Positions 29,963 to 49,476 of a DNA stretch of 64,000 nt are shown piece by piece. Both the position numbers and the translations under genes were made by a program. Each line of letters opens with the position of its first letter. Within the stretch, counting starts at the first letter, position 1. The stretch comes from Paraspadella gotoi. Taxonomy: Eukaryota; Animalia; Chaetognatha. The stretch covers positions 5,631,991-5,695,990 of the forward strand of contig CM119271.1 of NCBI GenBank assembly GCA_051294375.1, read 5' to 3'. The notes beneath the pieces are model-generated. The model searched no databases. It was given only the letters and a program-made list of their open reading frames with translations, and was not told the origin of the DNA.

Positions 29963-30010
<48 letters not shown>

Positions 30011-30319
30011 CTAACTGGTTCCCTTTACCAATTTCTTTCCTTTTTAAAATTTAATATTCAAACCTGTATTTGATCCAAGGACGTAAGAAATGGATTGTCA
30101 TTAAAACCACAGTAGCGGTTTACTTAGGATGGGCGCTTTTATCCGAGTCGCGGATCCGATTCCATTTTGGTTCCGATTCCATCAGGCGATGTTATAATTA
30201 AATTAAATTTGTTTTACCTAAAAGTAACTGTTTAACATGAGGTTTACAAAGTTTAGTTTTAAACGATTTAAAATTTTTTCTACTCGTCACGTTAGACAAA
30301 TCTGGCGCGGCCACTGGTC

Positions 30320-30327
30320 TATAAAAG
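30320..30327 (+). promoter_or_regulatory. TATA box of the ShK-like prepropeptide gene
   Basis: TATAAAAG about 100 nt upstream of the ATG at 30423, preceded by GC-rich GGCGCGGCC. Confidence 0.65.
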
Positions 30328-30422
30328 AACTCTCCAGTCGTTTTTACCAAAACAAAAATTATCGCGGATTCAAAAACAACATTTCCAGAATTTTATTGTA
30401 AACGAAGTCATCGAAAAGTGAA

Positions 30423-30969
30423 ATGGGAAAGATGGCTGCTCTCTCGCTCATCGTCCTTGCGATATTTCTGAGTAAGTATCGGGATCTAGTACAGTATTGT
30501 TTAAAATATTGCGTGACGAGCGACCACATTTTGTATGTTAATTAATTATTCTGTTTTTTCGCTACGTTGTATAGCACGCCAATACTGTTACGGGTGCTGC
30601 TAAAGATGCAACATTCAGCAACGATTATTGGCAATAATCGTTTATTTAAGGTTCTTATCTGTTGCAGCAACCTCGTTGCTGACTGTCGTATCTTCGACAG
30701 CACAGTTCTTGATATGGTTTAATAAATTAGTAAATTTCAAAAAATTACGTTATAGGTCTTTCGTCTACTGATGCTTATCCCTCTAAGGATAATGATCTGG
30801 AAAGAAGGGGAATGCCAGGTTTGTCCTATTTTTAAAATAGTAACTTTATATATGAATTTGTTAATTATTTTAATGATTTGTTTTGCTTGTGTATTTATCT
30901 AATATTTAGTTATTTATTTTTATTACTATAATTATTTTAAGTTATTTGTCTATTAATTTATTCTTTCAT

Positions 30970-31056
<87 letters not shown>

Positions 31057-31830
31057 CTTATTTATTTATTTATTTTTTATTTAATATTACTTTTTTTTCT
31101 GAACATCTGAAGAGGTTCTCAGAGATACTCTACGATCCTTTCCGGGTTTTCCTCCTCAGATCTGGACGCCCTCGCGGCGGAGCTGGCCGATGATCCGGAG
31201 ACGAGATCATTGGTAGAGGAACTTATGGAGGAAGAGAAGATAAAGAAGAGGGAGGAAGAAGAAGAGGAAGAGGAAGAAGAAGAAAAAGAAGAAGAAGAGG
31301 AAGAGCGAGAGGAGGAAGAGGAGGAAGAAGAGGAAGAGGGACGGGGAGATGAAGGAGAAGAAGAAGAGGGAAAGGAAGAGGAAGGAAACCAAAAAAATCA
31401 GGCTCAAGAATTGATGAAGCGTCGTATGTACGGAAGTAAGTAATCGAAATTATGGTAATAATAAATAATAACGATAAAATATTATTCTATTGATTTCCGT
31501 TTTCATCGCGATCCAGGCAAACTCGTCCGCGACTTCTATCCCTTCTGCGACAAACACGCCAACTACACCGAGCTAATTTGCGGGTCCAGAATCGGTTGGT
31601 GGTTTTGCAGACAGCGTTGCCTGGATTTTTACGTCTGGAACGACGGGAGCACTCAATGCATCGACAGATGGAGCAAGGAGGAATGCCAGAAGGGAATGGC
31701 GGCGGGTCTTTGCGGGATGATGAACGACGTCTCCGCCAATTGTCCGGACACGTGCTTCTTCTTTAAGGAACATCGCATGTGTCACATGGGGGACTTTTGG
31801 TATTTGGAGGAGTTGGCTCTTTTGTATTAG
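30423..31830 (+). CDS. Secreted prepropeptide with acidic propeptide and ShK-toxin-like Cys-rich mature region (233 aa, 4 exons)
   Basis: Exons 30423-30471, 30756-30818, 31160-31435 and 31517-31830 have GT-AG boundaries, are all phase 1, and join into one 702-nt open frame. Protein: MGKMAALSLIVLAIFLSLSSTDA (signal-like) / YPSKDNDLERRGMPDLDALAAELADDPETRSLVEELMEEEKIKKR-polyE-NQAQELMKRR / MYGSKLVRDFYPFCDKHANYTELICGSRIGWWFCRQRCLDFYVWNDGSTQCIDRWSKEECQKGMAAGLCGMMNDVSANCPDTCFFFKEHRMCHMGDFWYLEELALLY*. The CxD...C...C...CxxTC pattern is ShKT-like. TATA box lies upstream. Confidence 0.85.
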
Positions 31831-32286
31831 GATGGTTAATTTGATTTTATTTCTCGCGCCGGTAGAGGCGTTTCTCTTAAAAATCATAGAACTTTGAAAA
31901 AAAAAATGTAACGAAAGAATAGGCTATATTGCGTATCGAATAGTCTTGAAAAAGAATTAAACATTTTTTAAGGCAATTGTGTGTTAAAAAATTTTAACGC
32001 TTTATAATTTATAGTATGAAAAAAATACAATTTTGAAATTCGAAACGTTTAACTTTTAAACAAAACATTGGGTAGACATGATAGTTTGTTTTTTTTTAAA
32101 AGTCAGTCAGTCTGTCTGTTCGGCATGTAAGATAACATGATAAGATGCGAAGTTTTATTCCAGAAAAAAATGGAGACGAAAGTCTTTCAAGCGAAAGTCT
32201 CCTTCAAACGATCCAAGATCCAAACGATTTCCATCCATTTAGATCCATTCATCTTTCTTTAATCTTTCTTTCTGTTGCGAATTCGG

Positions 32287-32409
<123 letters not shown>

Positions 32410-32563
32410 CGCTCGTTCGCTCGCTCTCCCACACACTTTCTGGTTCTTTGACCTTTTGGGTTAACGAAGATAAGGTCTGGGGTCATAAGTTACATTTACC
32501 TCTCTCCTTGCTCACTGAAAGAAAGAAAAAAAGAAAGAAAGAAAGAAAGAAAGAAGGAAAGAC

Positions 32564-32618
<55 letters not shown>

Positions 32619-32655
32619 CAAGAAAGAAAGGAGTAAAGAAAGAAAGAAAGAAAAA

Positions 32656-32711
<56 letters not shown>

Positions 32712-34112
32712 ATGAAAGAATGAAACAATGAAAGAACGAAAGAACGAAAGATAGAAAGATAGAAAGATAGAAAGAAAGAAAGAAAAAAGAAAGTTACGGG
32801 GAGTAAAGGCGCCACTTAAATCGAAGCAACTTCCAGCCGACCGAGAGGCCTAGTTGGAATACAAGCAACCGAATTACCAGTTGAAAATTTGCAAGCTATA
32901 AGGAAAGCGCTCAGACCTATTTAAACCCTTTTGGAGGAACGATTACACGGTGAACTTACTTATCTGATACGAACTACAAAGGTGAGGTTCATTTTTCTCT
33001 TTGTTTCTCCGTCTCTTTGTTTCCGTTTTTGTTCCATTGTTTCGTTTCTCTGTCTCTCTGTCTCCCTCTCTCTCTCTTTCTCGCCCTCTCTGTCTCCCTC
33101 CGTCTCTTCTATATCAAACTCACCTTTCTCCTCTCCGTTTTTCTTGTTTTTCCAAACGGAAATAAAAATGGAAAAATGGAGTAAAAAAGAATTTTCCATT
33201 TGTTAGCGACGAACGGAGAAAGAGAAAAATCGTGGGGGGGAAAATCTCCGGAAAATTGAGAAATCGAGAAAGAGTTTTGGAATCGCTTCAGAGAATAGGA
33301 TGGGGTAAAGGGAAGGAAGAAGGGGGAGGGGAATTTAAAAGAGGAAAGAGGGAGGCAAAAGGAAGAAAATAAAAAGAAAGGTAGGAAAGGAAAGTAAAAG
33401 AGAATGAGTAGCAAAATAAGATATGTTCGAGAAACGTAGTAGTTAAATAGTCAACAAATATAAAAGGTTAAATAAGTTTGGAAGAAAACCGTGATAGGGC
33501 AGAGAAGAGAGATAGAGAATAGTAAAGGAAAGTTTATGATGAATTGTGAGACAAAGGGCAAGAAAAGATAATTCGTAAAAAAAAGTTTAGACCCTTAAAA
33601 ATCCAATTAAATGACCATGAGAAAAGGTTCAGTTCTAAAGTGTTCATATAAAGTATTCATATAAATAGCCACCAAATTCTGATTAAAATTTTTTACTTTG
33701 ACGCTGATAAAGAAAAAGTTGATTGAAAAAAGAAAAATTTTATCGACTCGGTTAACGTTTGACAAAATGAGAGGAGCGCTCCAGGCGAAGAATAAGATAA
33801 GAAAGAAAGAGAAAAGAAAAGAAAAATAAAAGGAAAGAAAAAAGAAAGATTGGGGAAAGAAAAAAAATGTGAAACAGAGATAAATATAAAAAAATACAAA
33901 CAGGAGGATTGATGGAAGAAAACAAGAACGGAAATTCAAATGTGTTGCGCCGCAGTGACTTTGTTAATCCGTGTATTTCCGTGTATTTTTGATACGTACT
34001 GCATTGGAATAACATCTTTTATTTTTTAATGCTTATATGTATTCCCCGATATAATACTTAAGTCTTTTCATACAATTGAAACGTTCTTTGAAATATTTGA
34101 AATATTAAACCA

Positions 34113-34290
34113 CTTCATTGATAGGAAAGCCAGGTACTCTGGGAGTGAATAAACTTTACTGTGAGAGAGTCTTGTTTGAAAGCTTGCAGGGACCTGCCAT
34201 GTCATTATCTTGTATGAGTGATGGAGGCCTTAAACCACCAAAGCCAGTCAAAAGTCTGGGGCAAGATAGCTTATTTATTAAATGAATGGC
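34113..34290 (+). mobile_element. Copy of the 200-bp dispersed repeat
   Basis: Near-identical to about 38995-39175. Confidence 0.8.
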
Positions 34291-35172
34291 TAATTATTAT
34301 ATTTTTTATGTTGGGCGGAGTACATTGTACAATATAGTATTCCCCAATCTAATACTTAAGGGAGACAGACAGACCGACAGACCGACCGAAAAACGACTTA
34401 TAGAGTTGCTCCGCGACGCGGCGCGGCACGACTAAAAATATAGAGAAAAGAGGAAAGAAAAAGAAAAGAAAAAAAATGGAAAGCAGAGCCAAAGAAAAAT
34501 GGAAACTGTAGGGATGACAACGACGGCAAAAAAAACAACTCGAAAACGACATTTCCGCCACCCCTTCCCCCCCCCCAAACTACCCAAGCCATCCCCACAA
34601 AAAAAGCTAGATCCAGAAGAGTTTTGAAAAGGATCCATGGATTCCAAAAGTCTTTCGAAAGCTCATCTCGAGCAATTTTCCTCGGCCGAAGAGGATGGGG
34701 AGAGAAAAGGGGAACCGAAAAGCCGGAAAAAAAGTTTTTGTTTACCCAACTTTTTTTTATCTTAGGGGTCTTGACGTCGACTGCTTGCGGTTTTCGATCG
34801 CTCTCTCGGTTTCTTCCTTCTCTCTCCCACTCTTGTTCCTTTCATTCTTTTGAGTTGCGCCGCGAGTACTCTATAAGTCACTTTTCGGTCGGTCTGTCGG
34901 TCTTTCTTTCTTTCTTACACGAGAAAAAAAGTAACTGCGGTGCAACACATTAGAATTACCGTTCTTGTTTCTTTCTATCTGTCTTTCTTTCTTTCTTTCA
35001 CCGCTCTGTTTTCTCTCTCTCTCTTTTTCTCTTTCTCTCCTCTCTCTCTCTCCTCTCTCTCTCTTCTTCTCTCTCTCTTCTCTCTCTCTCTCTCTCTCTC
35101 TCTACTCTCTCTTCCTTCCATCTCTTCCTCACTATCAAAAAATGATGTTAGACTTTTAACATCTTCTCCATT

Positions 35173-35231
<59 letters not shown>

Positions 35232-35261
35232 AACGTTATAACTCACTGTTTACCCCGATAT

Positions 35262-36421
35262 TTTACTTTTCTCTCCCTCCCTCCCTCCTCTCCTCCCCCT
35301 CCCTCTCTCTCTCCTTCCCTCCCCTTCCTCCTCCCATCTCTCCCTCCTTTCCCCTTCCTCCTTCTCCTCTCTCCTTCCCCCTTTCCTCCCTCCCTCCTCC
35401 CTCCCCTTCCCCTCTCTTCCCCTTTCCTCCTTTCCTCCCTCCCTCTCCTTTCCCTTCCCTCCCGCCCTCTCTCCTCTCTCCTCCTTCCCTTCCTCCTCCC
35501 TCTCTCCTTCCCCTTCCTCCCTCTCTTCTCCTTTCCCTTTCCTCCCTCTCTCCTTCCTCTCTTCTTCTCCCTTCTTCCTGCCCTTCTCCTTCACCCTTTC
35601 TCCTTCCTCCCTCCCTCTCTCCTTCTCGCCTTCCTCCTCTATCCCTCCCTCTCTCGCCTCTCTCTCCCTCCTCCTCTCTCCTCCCTCCCTCTCTCCTCCC
35701 TCTCCCTCCCTCTTCTTTCCCCTTCCCTCCCTCCCTCTCTCCCTCCTCTCTCCTTTCCCCTTCCTCCTCTCTATCTCCCTCCTTCCCCCTTCTTCCCTTC
35801 CTCCTTCCCTCTCTCCTCTCTAACTTTCCCCCTTTCTCCCTCCTTCTCCTCCCTCCCTCTCTCCTTCCCCCCTTTATCCCTTCCTCCCTCCCTCCCTCTC
35901 TTCTTCCCTCCTTCCTCCCTTCCTCCCTCCCTCCCTTCCCTTTCTCCTTCCCCCCCTAACTTCTTCCTCCCTCCCTCTCTTTCCCTCTCTACTTTCCCCT
36001 TCCTCCCTCCCTCTCTCTCTCTCTACTTTCCCCTTCCTCCTTCCTCCCCTCTCTCCTTCCCCTTCCTCCCTCCCCTCTCTCCTTCCCCCTTTAACCCTTC
36101 TCCTCCCTCCCTCTCTCCTTCCCTTTAACCCTTCCTCCTCCCTCCCTCTCTCCTTCCCCTTTAACCCTTCCCCCTCCCTCCTCTCTCGCCTTCCCCCTTT
36201 AAACCCTTCCTCCCTCCCTCCTCTCTCCCTTCCCCTTTAACCCTTCCTCCTCCCTCCTCTCTCCTTCCACCCCCTCCTTCTCTCTCCTCTCTCCTTCCCC
36301 CTTCCTCCTCTCTCCCTCCCTCTCTCCTTCCCCCTTAAACCCTTCCTCCCTCTCCTCCCTCTCTCCTCCCCTTTCTCCTCTCTCCCCTCCCTCCCTCTCC
36401 CCTTCCCTCTTCTCCCTCCCT
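35262..36421. repeat. About 1.15-kb polypyrimidine/polypurine tract
   Basis: Almost only C/T on the + strand, with about 30-bp higher-order units containing TTAACCCTTC. Confidence 0.9.
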
Positions 36422-37540
36422 ACGACCAATTTATCTATCGATTTTCCCTTCAGGATGAAGTATGTTCTCTTCTACTACGATGAAAAAAAAAAATTGAGGA
36501 GATCTCGAATAAAGAAAAAAATCTATTAAACGATAATGTGACTTTTATTTCATCAAGCAAAGTTGCAAGCAAAGATGCAAGCGAGAAAACTAAGAATTGA
36601 CATTCGCCATTATTTTTTTTTTCGTGATTACGTTTGCACCTTTTCTCATGAGCGCAATTTGGAATAAAGAATTTTTAGTTTTATCATACAAGCAAGTATG
36701 TAGACAAGGATTTCTAGACAAACAAGACGATGTCCATTTTTTGGGTACAGTGAATCAATACAATTTCGGTGCAAATTTATACAGTGTGAACGGATCGGAG
36801 GTCAGGGTAAAAATCGCCGCCGGATAGAGAAGCCCATCAGTTCATTGGCCGGTGCTATTTGTGTCTCGACCAATAGGAGAGTTCCATTCTGGTTCCGACG
36901 GATTTCTCTCGAGTCGCCGATCCGATTCTGATTCTTGAGTGTGATTCCTATGCGATGAAAGGCTAAGACTAAGACGACGGAAATGTTGACGATCAGAAAT
37001 GAACGATTCATAAACGCCGGTTATTCATAAAAAAATAACAACAAATTTAAAAATTAACGATTCGTTCAACGGCTCATGACTTCGTAAAGGCCATAGGGGC
37101 ATAAGGTGTTCAGACCGCTACCATTCTTAAAAAATAATATCATTGCAAATAAATAAAAGCTCTATACTAAACAATGCATATACTCCAAGATAATAAGACT
37201 TGATTAAGCGTAAGATCCTATTCGAAAGACGGCAGAGGGTCTAGAGGGACGTGGCGCTCGCCTATCTGGCCGACTGGGGTAGTCTCTCCTCTCTCTTCTC
37301 TCTCTCTCTTCCTTCTCTTTTCTCTTCTCTCATCTTCTCTCTCTCTCTCTCTCCTCCTCTCTCTCTCTTCTCTCCTCTCCTCGTTGTAGGCGAAAATTAA
37401 TTCACTTTTTCACTGCGACAAAAAACAAAGTAATAAAGTTGATTCCCTCGAGACGCAGACGTGTGATAAGACAGAGGACAGTCTCAATCGGTTGCAGCGT
37501 TGCAACCGAGATCAAGCAGATTAAGGACGCGTCTCTCCAG

Positions 37541-37571
<31 letters not shown>

Positions 37572-37573
37572 CC

Positions 37574-37605
<32 letters not shown>

Positions 37606-37714
37606 GAGATCGATTCTATTTTCTCTTTTTCTTCTTTTCCCTCATTGCTTTTTATCCAAAATCACATCTTAATCTTAATATAAAAAGATAACAGGATTCC
37701 TCGCTGCTAAGACG

Positions 37715-37739
<25 letters not shown>

Positions 37740-37766
<27 letters not shown>

Positions 37767-37965
37767 GAGGAATCAAATTCTAATTACAACCCTATTCCAA
37801 AGACTCAATCGGCTTATGTGATTGAAATTTCGTTCTAAGCTGTGATAATGAGGCAAACATCTCACCAGATTTAAACGTCAAAATTTTTTTTTTCGAAGTG
37901 AATATATAATGTGAGTTTTCACAAGAAAAGCTCTCGTTCAGAAGTACGTATTTCAGGAAGGAAAA
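37740..37965 (-). repeat. Dispersed inverted copy of about 9040-9260
   Basis: Both ORF translations share FSFLKYVLLNESFSCENSHYIFTSKKKILTFKSGE on opposite strands. Confidence 0.8.
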
Positions 37966-38994
37966 ATTTGTTGGGGTTGACGCGTCGAAGGCAGATAGGG
38001 TGAGGGTTGAGTCACGGAGTTTATTATGTATGACTCTTTCGAAAAAAAAAAAGAACCACATTTGTTAATTAAAAATTTTAATTACCGTAACGAACTATCC
38101 TTGATTTTCGATATAAACACTATATATATATATAGAGGGAGACAGTGGTGGAGAGAGGGAGGTTGAGTATATATCTATCAGAGCTTTGAGGCTATATGTG
38201 AAATATTGATCTAATGACTCTTGCGAGATACTATTATAAAAAAGAGCTATCGAGTATAGTAATTGGTAATTAAAAAAGAAATTTTTTAATACCAGTAAAA
38301 CGAACTATGCCTTGAAGGTGTATCGGATTTTTCTTTTTTTCCTTTTTTTTAAGGCCGTTTTTTTTTTTGCCGATCTCCTTCAACGGCTAATTCCATGCTT
38401 CTAAAATTTTGCTTCTCACTTGCTAACGTACACCTTCTTCTCTTCTTGCATGCTCCACAGCTTCTAGCTGCGGTCCAGCAGCTTCTTCTTGTCCCGCCTT
38501 GCTTGCTCCTTTCTACATCCGTTTACTGCCCTTCTAAGCACGAGCTTTTCCCAANNNNNNNNNNNNNNNNNNNNNNNNNTTTCCAGTCCCCGCCATTTTT
38601 CATCAGCTTCTTTCTCCACACGCTTTCTCTAACTCCCCCCCGGCCTCCCTCCCAATATCTACCTCGTTTCTGGTGTTTCTCGCTTTACTCCTCATTAACT
38701 TTGCAAATTTTCCGACTTTTTTCTGCTTAGGAACTCGATTCATTTTTTTCCTCCCGCCGTCATGTTTTTTTTTTCTTCTTTTGCCTTTTGTCTTTGAAAA
38801 TGAATTTCATTAAACTTCAATTATATTCGTCGGAGCCGCTGAATGTTTTGCATTAATCGGAAGCGAGTGAATAAAATGGGGATGAAAGATCTCCTTAACT
38901 ATGTACATAGGGCAATTTAAAATATGAAATATAAAAATTTATATTTTTATTGGATACGTTTTTGTGTATGACATAAACATAAACATATTATTTC

Positions 38995-39205
38995 GCTTCA
39001 TTGATAGGAAAGCCAGGTACTCTGGGAGTGAATAAACGAGACTGTGAGAGAGTCTTGATTGAAAGCTTGCAGGGACCTGCTATGTCATTATCTTGTAAGA
39101 GTGATGGAGGCCTTAAACCACCAAAGCCTGTCCAAAGTCAGGGGCAAGATAGCTTATTTTATTAAATGAATGGATAATTTTTATATTGGTTGTACCAATT
39201 TCATA
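38995..39205 (+). mobile_element. About 200-bp dispersed repeat family (unclassified SINE/MITE-like)
   Basis: TTCATTGATAGGAAAGCCAGGTACTCTGGGAGTG...GAAAGCTTGCAGGGACCTGC...GGGGCAAGATAGCTTA...GTTGTACCAATTTCATA recurs at about 15791-15975, 34113-34290 and 21935-22133 (inverted), with a diverged copy at 58183-58395. Confidence 0.85.
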
Positions 39206-39257
39206 AACAGATGAGAGAGAAGGCGGGGGTGGAAGACCAGAGAGATAGAGAAAGATA

Positions 39258-39296
<39 letters not shown>

Positions 39297-39440
39297 GCCC
39301 ACGCAATTGTCACATAATTCTTTTAACGTTTCTCAGTTTTTATATCGTACTTTCTGGAGTTGCATTTCGAAAATTGGTTTGGCCTTTCCTGTCTGACTCT
39401 TTCCGCTCTGTCTGGTAGTATGTATCTATGTATCTCTCTT

Positions 39441-39513
<73 letters not shown>

Positions 39514-39828
39514 TTATCTATCTGTCTATCTGTCTATTCTCTCTGGCCTCTCTCCTATACAATGTTATATAATTTTCAGAGAAGGATTACTAAAATTGAT
39601 TAATAGTTGTATAGAAAAAGTAGATATAATGCAAATAAAAGACCTAATAAATAAAGAATAAAAAATAAATAAAAACAAAAAAAATGTAGTACTTACTAAA
39701 TTAGGAAAGAAAGAAAGAAATAAAACAACAAAACTACAAATTAAATCTAGAAGAAAAAAACTTTGTTAACGATTTGACCCGAGATGTTCCGGATTTGAGT
39801 TATTTCAGAGAGTATGACAAGGAAAGGC

Positions 39829-39873
<45 letters not shown>

Positions 39874-40599
39874 GAGAGAGAGAGAGAGAGATGAGAGACA
39901 TGAACTCTTCTAGATCGCTCAATTTTTCTCGCGGCATTCTCCGCCGATCATGCTTTTCTTCCAAGCGTCGATTCGTCAAAACAGCATAATCCAAAACAAC
40001 AACAACAAAAAGAAGCATCAGCAGCAGCAGCGACCGCAGAGAGACGCGACGGACGCGACGCGACGCGATTTTNNNNNNNNNNNNNNNNNNNNNNNNNNNN
40101 NNNNNNNNNNNNNNNNNNNNNNNNNNNNNNNNNNNNNNNNNNNNNNNNNNNNNNNNNNNNNNNNNNNNNNNNNNNNNNNNNNNNNNNNNNNNNNNNNNNN
40201 NNNNNNNNNNNNNNNNNNNNNNNNNNNNNNNNNNNNNNNNNNNNNNNNNNNNNNNNNNNNNNNAGGGGAAAAAACAAAAAGAAATCCCGTTAAGATTTGA
40301 GCTTACGATCACGCGAAGAAAAGAGTATGTGTGTGTGTGTGGTTTTTTTTTTGTTGTTGTTATTTTTGAGTCCGAGCTATTTTGTTTTAAGAGAATCTTT
40401 TAATTAAGTTTCGAGGCCCGGAGGAACGTTCCTCAGTCGCCATAGAGATAACCGTTTTGTATGCGGGTACGTTCGCCGTCGTCGCGTCCTCGTCGTAGTG
40501 ACGTCATCGTTTTGTCCTCGTCCGGCTGTCGTCGACGCTGGAAAAAAGATGCAAATTTGATTTGAAAAATTCTGTAAGCAGAAGGTGAGAAGAGGAGAG

Positions 40600-40652
<53 letters not shown>

Positions 40653-41174
40653 GAGAGAGAGAGAGAGAGAGAGAAATAAAAAAAAAAAAAAAAAAAAAAT
40701 TTACTTCGCCCTCTTTTCTCTTTCTTTTTTTCTCTTATTATCTTTTCTTATTCTTTCCTCTCTTTTTTTTTTGCCCTTTCCCGAAAGTCAAACAATTAAT
40801 TAGTGAACTAGAGAGAAGTGTCGTTGGTGCCTTCAGGGTTTAAACGAAAACAAAAAACAAAACAAAAAAACAAAAAAAGCCTAAAAACAAGAAAAAGAAT
40901 GAGAAACGAAAAGAGGAGATTCGCTTCGCCCTAAGAGACGCTAATTACGTGGAGAAAGAGTAGAGGCGTGTTCGTCGTCTTTCCTCTCGCTCAATCAAAA
41001 CACAAGTTCAAAGAGGAAATTTTTTGGGGCGACTCTGACAAAAAACGGAACCAGACGAAAACAAAAACAAACAAAAATAAAAGAAACAAAACCAAAACAA
41101 TTCTCGTCCCTAAATTGGATTTTTTTTTGTTTTCTTTTCTTTTTGCTTCGAGGAACTGAAAAAAAAAAAGGTGG

Positions 41175-47846
<6,672 letters not shown>

Positions 47847-48873
47847 TGGGGAAAATGGACGACGACGACGTCGCTAGCGACAATTTTAAAAACGGAAACC
47901 AAAAAAAAAACGAAATTAAAATCTCTTGAAAAAAGAAAAATCCGCTCAAAACAAGAAGGAAACGACAGGTAGTAAAACGAGGAAGATAGAACCTGAAAAC
48001 CTAAAGGGAAATTCAAACGACGGTTCATTATGCTTTTCTCTCCAAAAGATGGATAAAATCAATAAACCAACCAAAAAAGGATTTAAAACTAAAAATTCAG
48101 ACTCAAAACCAATTTGAGATGAAAATCGTTGGAAAACTTAAAATTAATTGAGTCGCTGGATCGTTAGGATGAACAACGAAACTCGATTTAAGTTCCCCAA
48201 TCTCTAAATTTCGATCTCCGATCCTTTATCCCTCATTCTCGATCCCTTATCTCAATCCCCGATCAATCAAAGTGAAAATTGCGTTTGTTGTTTGAATACT
48301 TCAATTCCCCATCGGCCATTCACGCCACGCCAATATCGTTATTTTTACATATGGCGCTAAGTTATTTGTGCATTTATGCAGTTCCAATGAAAATAAGTTA
48401 TACTACTAAAAAAATGAAACAACTGTATCGTATCATAAGCCCAAATCTCGATTTAAATAAGTAATACAGTCATGTGCTAAAAAAATTTCACTTTTTCAGC
48501 CTTTTTTGAAATTTATTAAAGATAAAGAGTCTAGCATAAATTTTATAAATATTAGGTTATCCATATGGGAGCAGTGATTTTTTATATTGAATTAATTTCT
48601 ATCAAAGCCAAATATAAAAAAAAATGAATTTTTTTTTCTTCTGATATTTTCTATTCTTTGTAGTATCTTAAAAATGAAAAATAATGGTACTAGACTATTG
48701 ACAACTGGATTAATCCAGATCCCTAAATAATAATTTTAATTTTTTAAAGAAAATGTTTTTTTTCCTTATCGCGGTCCGGTGATCAGGATTGCCCCAGCCC
48801 CTTTCCCCTAGTCCAAGCAAAACGTCTCCATGCCATCCTTTTCTACCCAACCCTTCTCCACTGGAATCTCCAG

Positions 48874-49476
48874 TAAGGCGTAGTGAAAGTTACATACGAA
48901 ATTTTTAAAAGTCAATTATGAACAACATACAATCAGTGAACATTAATTTGTAAAAAAAAATAATTTTATGTTTAATTTCGCAGTAGCTATATTTATATAT
49001 AGTACTATCCTTATAAAATCGAAAAAATTTCAAAATAGGCTTTTCTTAATTTTGATTGCAGATTTGAATTCCTCGTCAAAAGTTGATAAAAGAAAATATA
49101 ATTCATTTTTAAAATTCTTTCATTAAGTGGGTTAAAAATTAAAAAAACTATATTTAATATATAAAAGTTAATTTTCAGTTTTAAAATATAGCTTTTTCTA
49201 ATTTTGACCCACTTAATGAAGAATTTTTCAAAAAAGAGTTATATTTCTTTTTATCAACTTTTATGATGAATCCAAATCTGTGCAAAAAAATCTTAGAAAA
49301 AACTTTTGAAATTTTAACATTTATTGGTTAGTACTAGTATAAATATGCCTACTGCGTAAATTGTAAAAATTTATTATAATTTTTTTTATACATAAATGTT
49401 TATAAGTTATAATGTTGTCGTTCCTCACTTTTAGAATTTTAATTAAAGTTAAACTGAGGAATTTTACTACGCCTTA
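48874..49476. mobile_element. hAT-type MITE, 603 bp, intact with perfect 8-bp TSD
   Basis: TIRs TAAGGCGTAGTGAAAGTT ... AATTTTACTACGCCTTA are flanked by the direct repeat ATCTCCAG at 48866-48873 and 49477-49484. Long imperfect inverted arms lie inside. Confidence 0.88.

Larger units (their letters stand above)
25140..30007. repeat. About 2.4-kb near-identical tandem duplication with (GA)n at all breakpoints
   Basis: 25191-27520 is repeated at 27578-29962. Units are bounded by (GA)n at about 25141, 27524 and 29966. Confidence 0.9.

Noticed and set aside
30668-30716. Extra AG/GT-bounded exon in intron 1 of the ShK-like gene
   Set aside because: 49 nt long; inclusion shifts the frame to an early TGA, while direct exon 1-2 joining gives a clean signal peptide.
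36090-36345. TTAACCC motifs as interstitial telomeric repeats
   Set aside because: Isolated motifs about 30 bp apart, not tandem CCCTAA or CCTAA.
36597-36827. 76-aa ORF with hydrophobic N-terminus
   Set aside because: Starts at TTG, no recognisable motif or linked splice sites.
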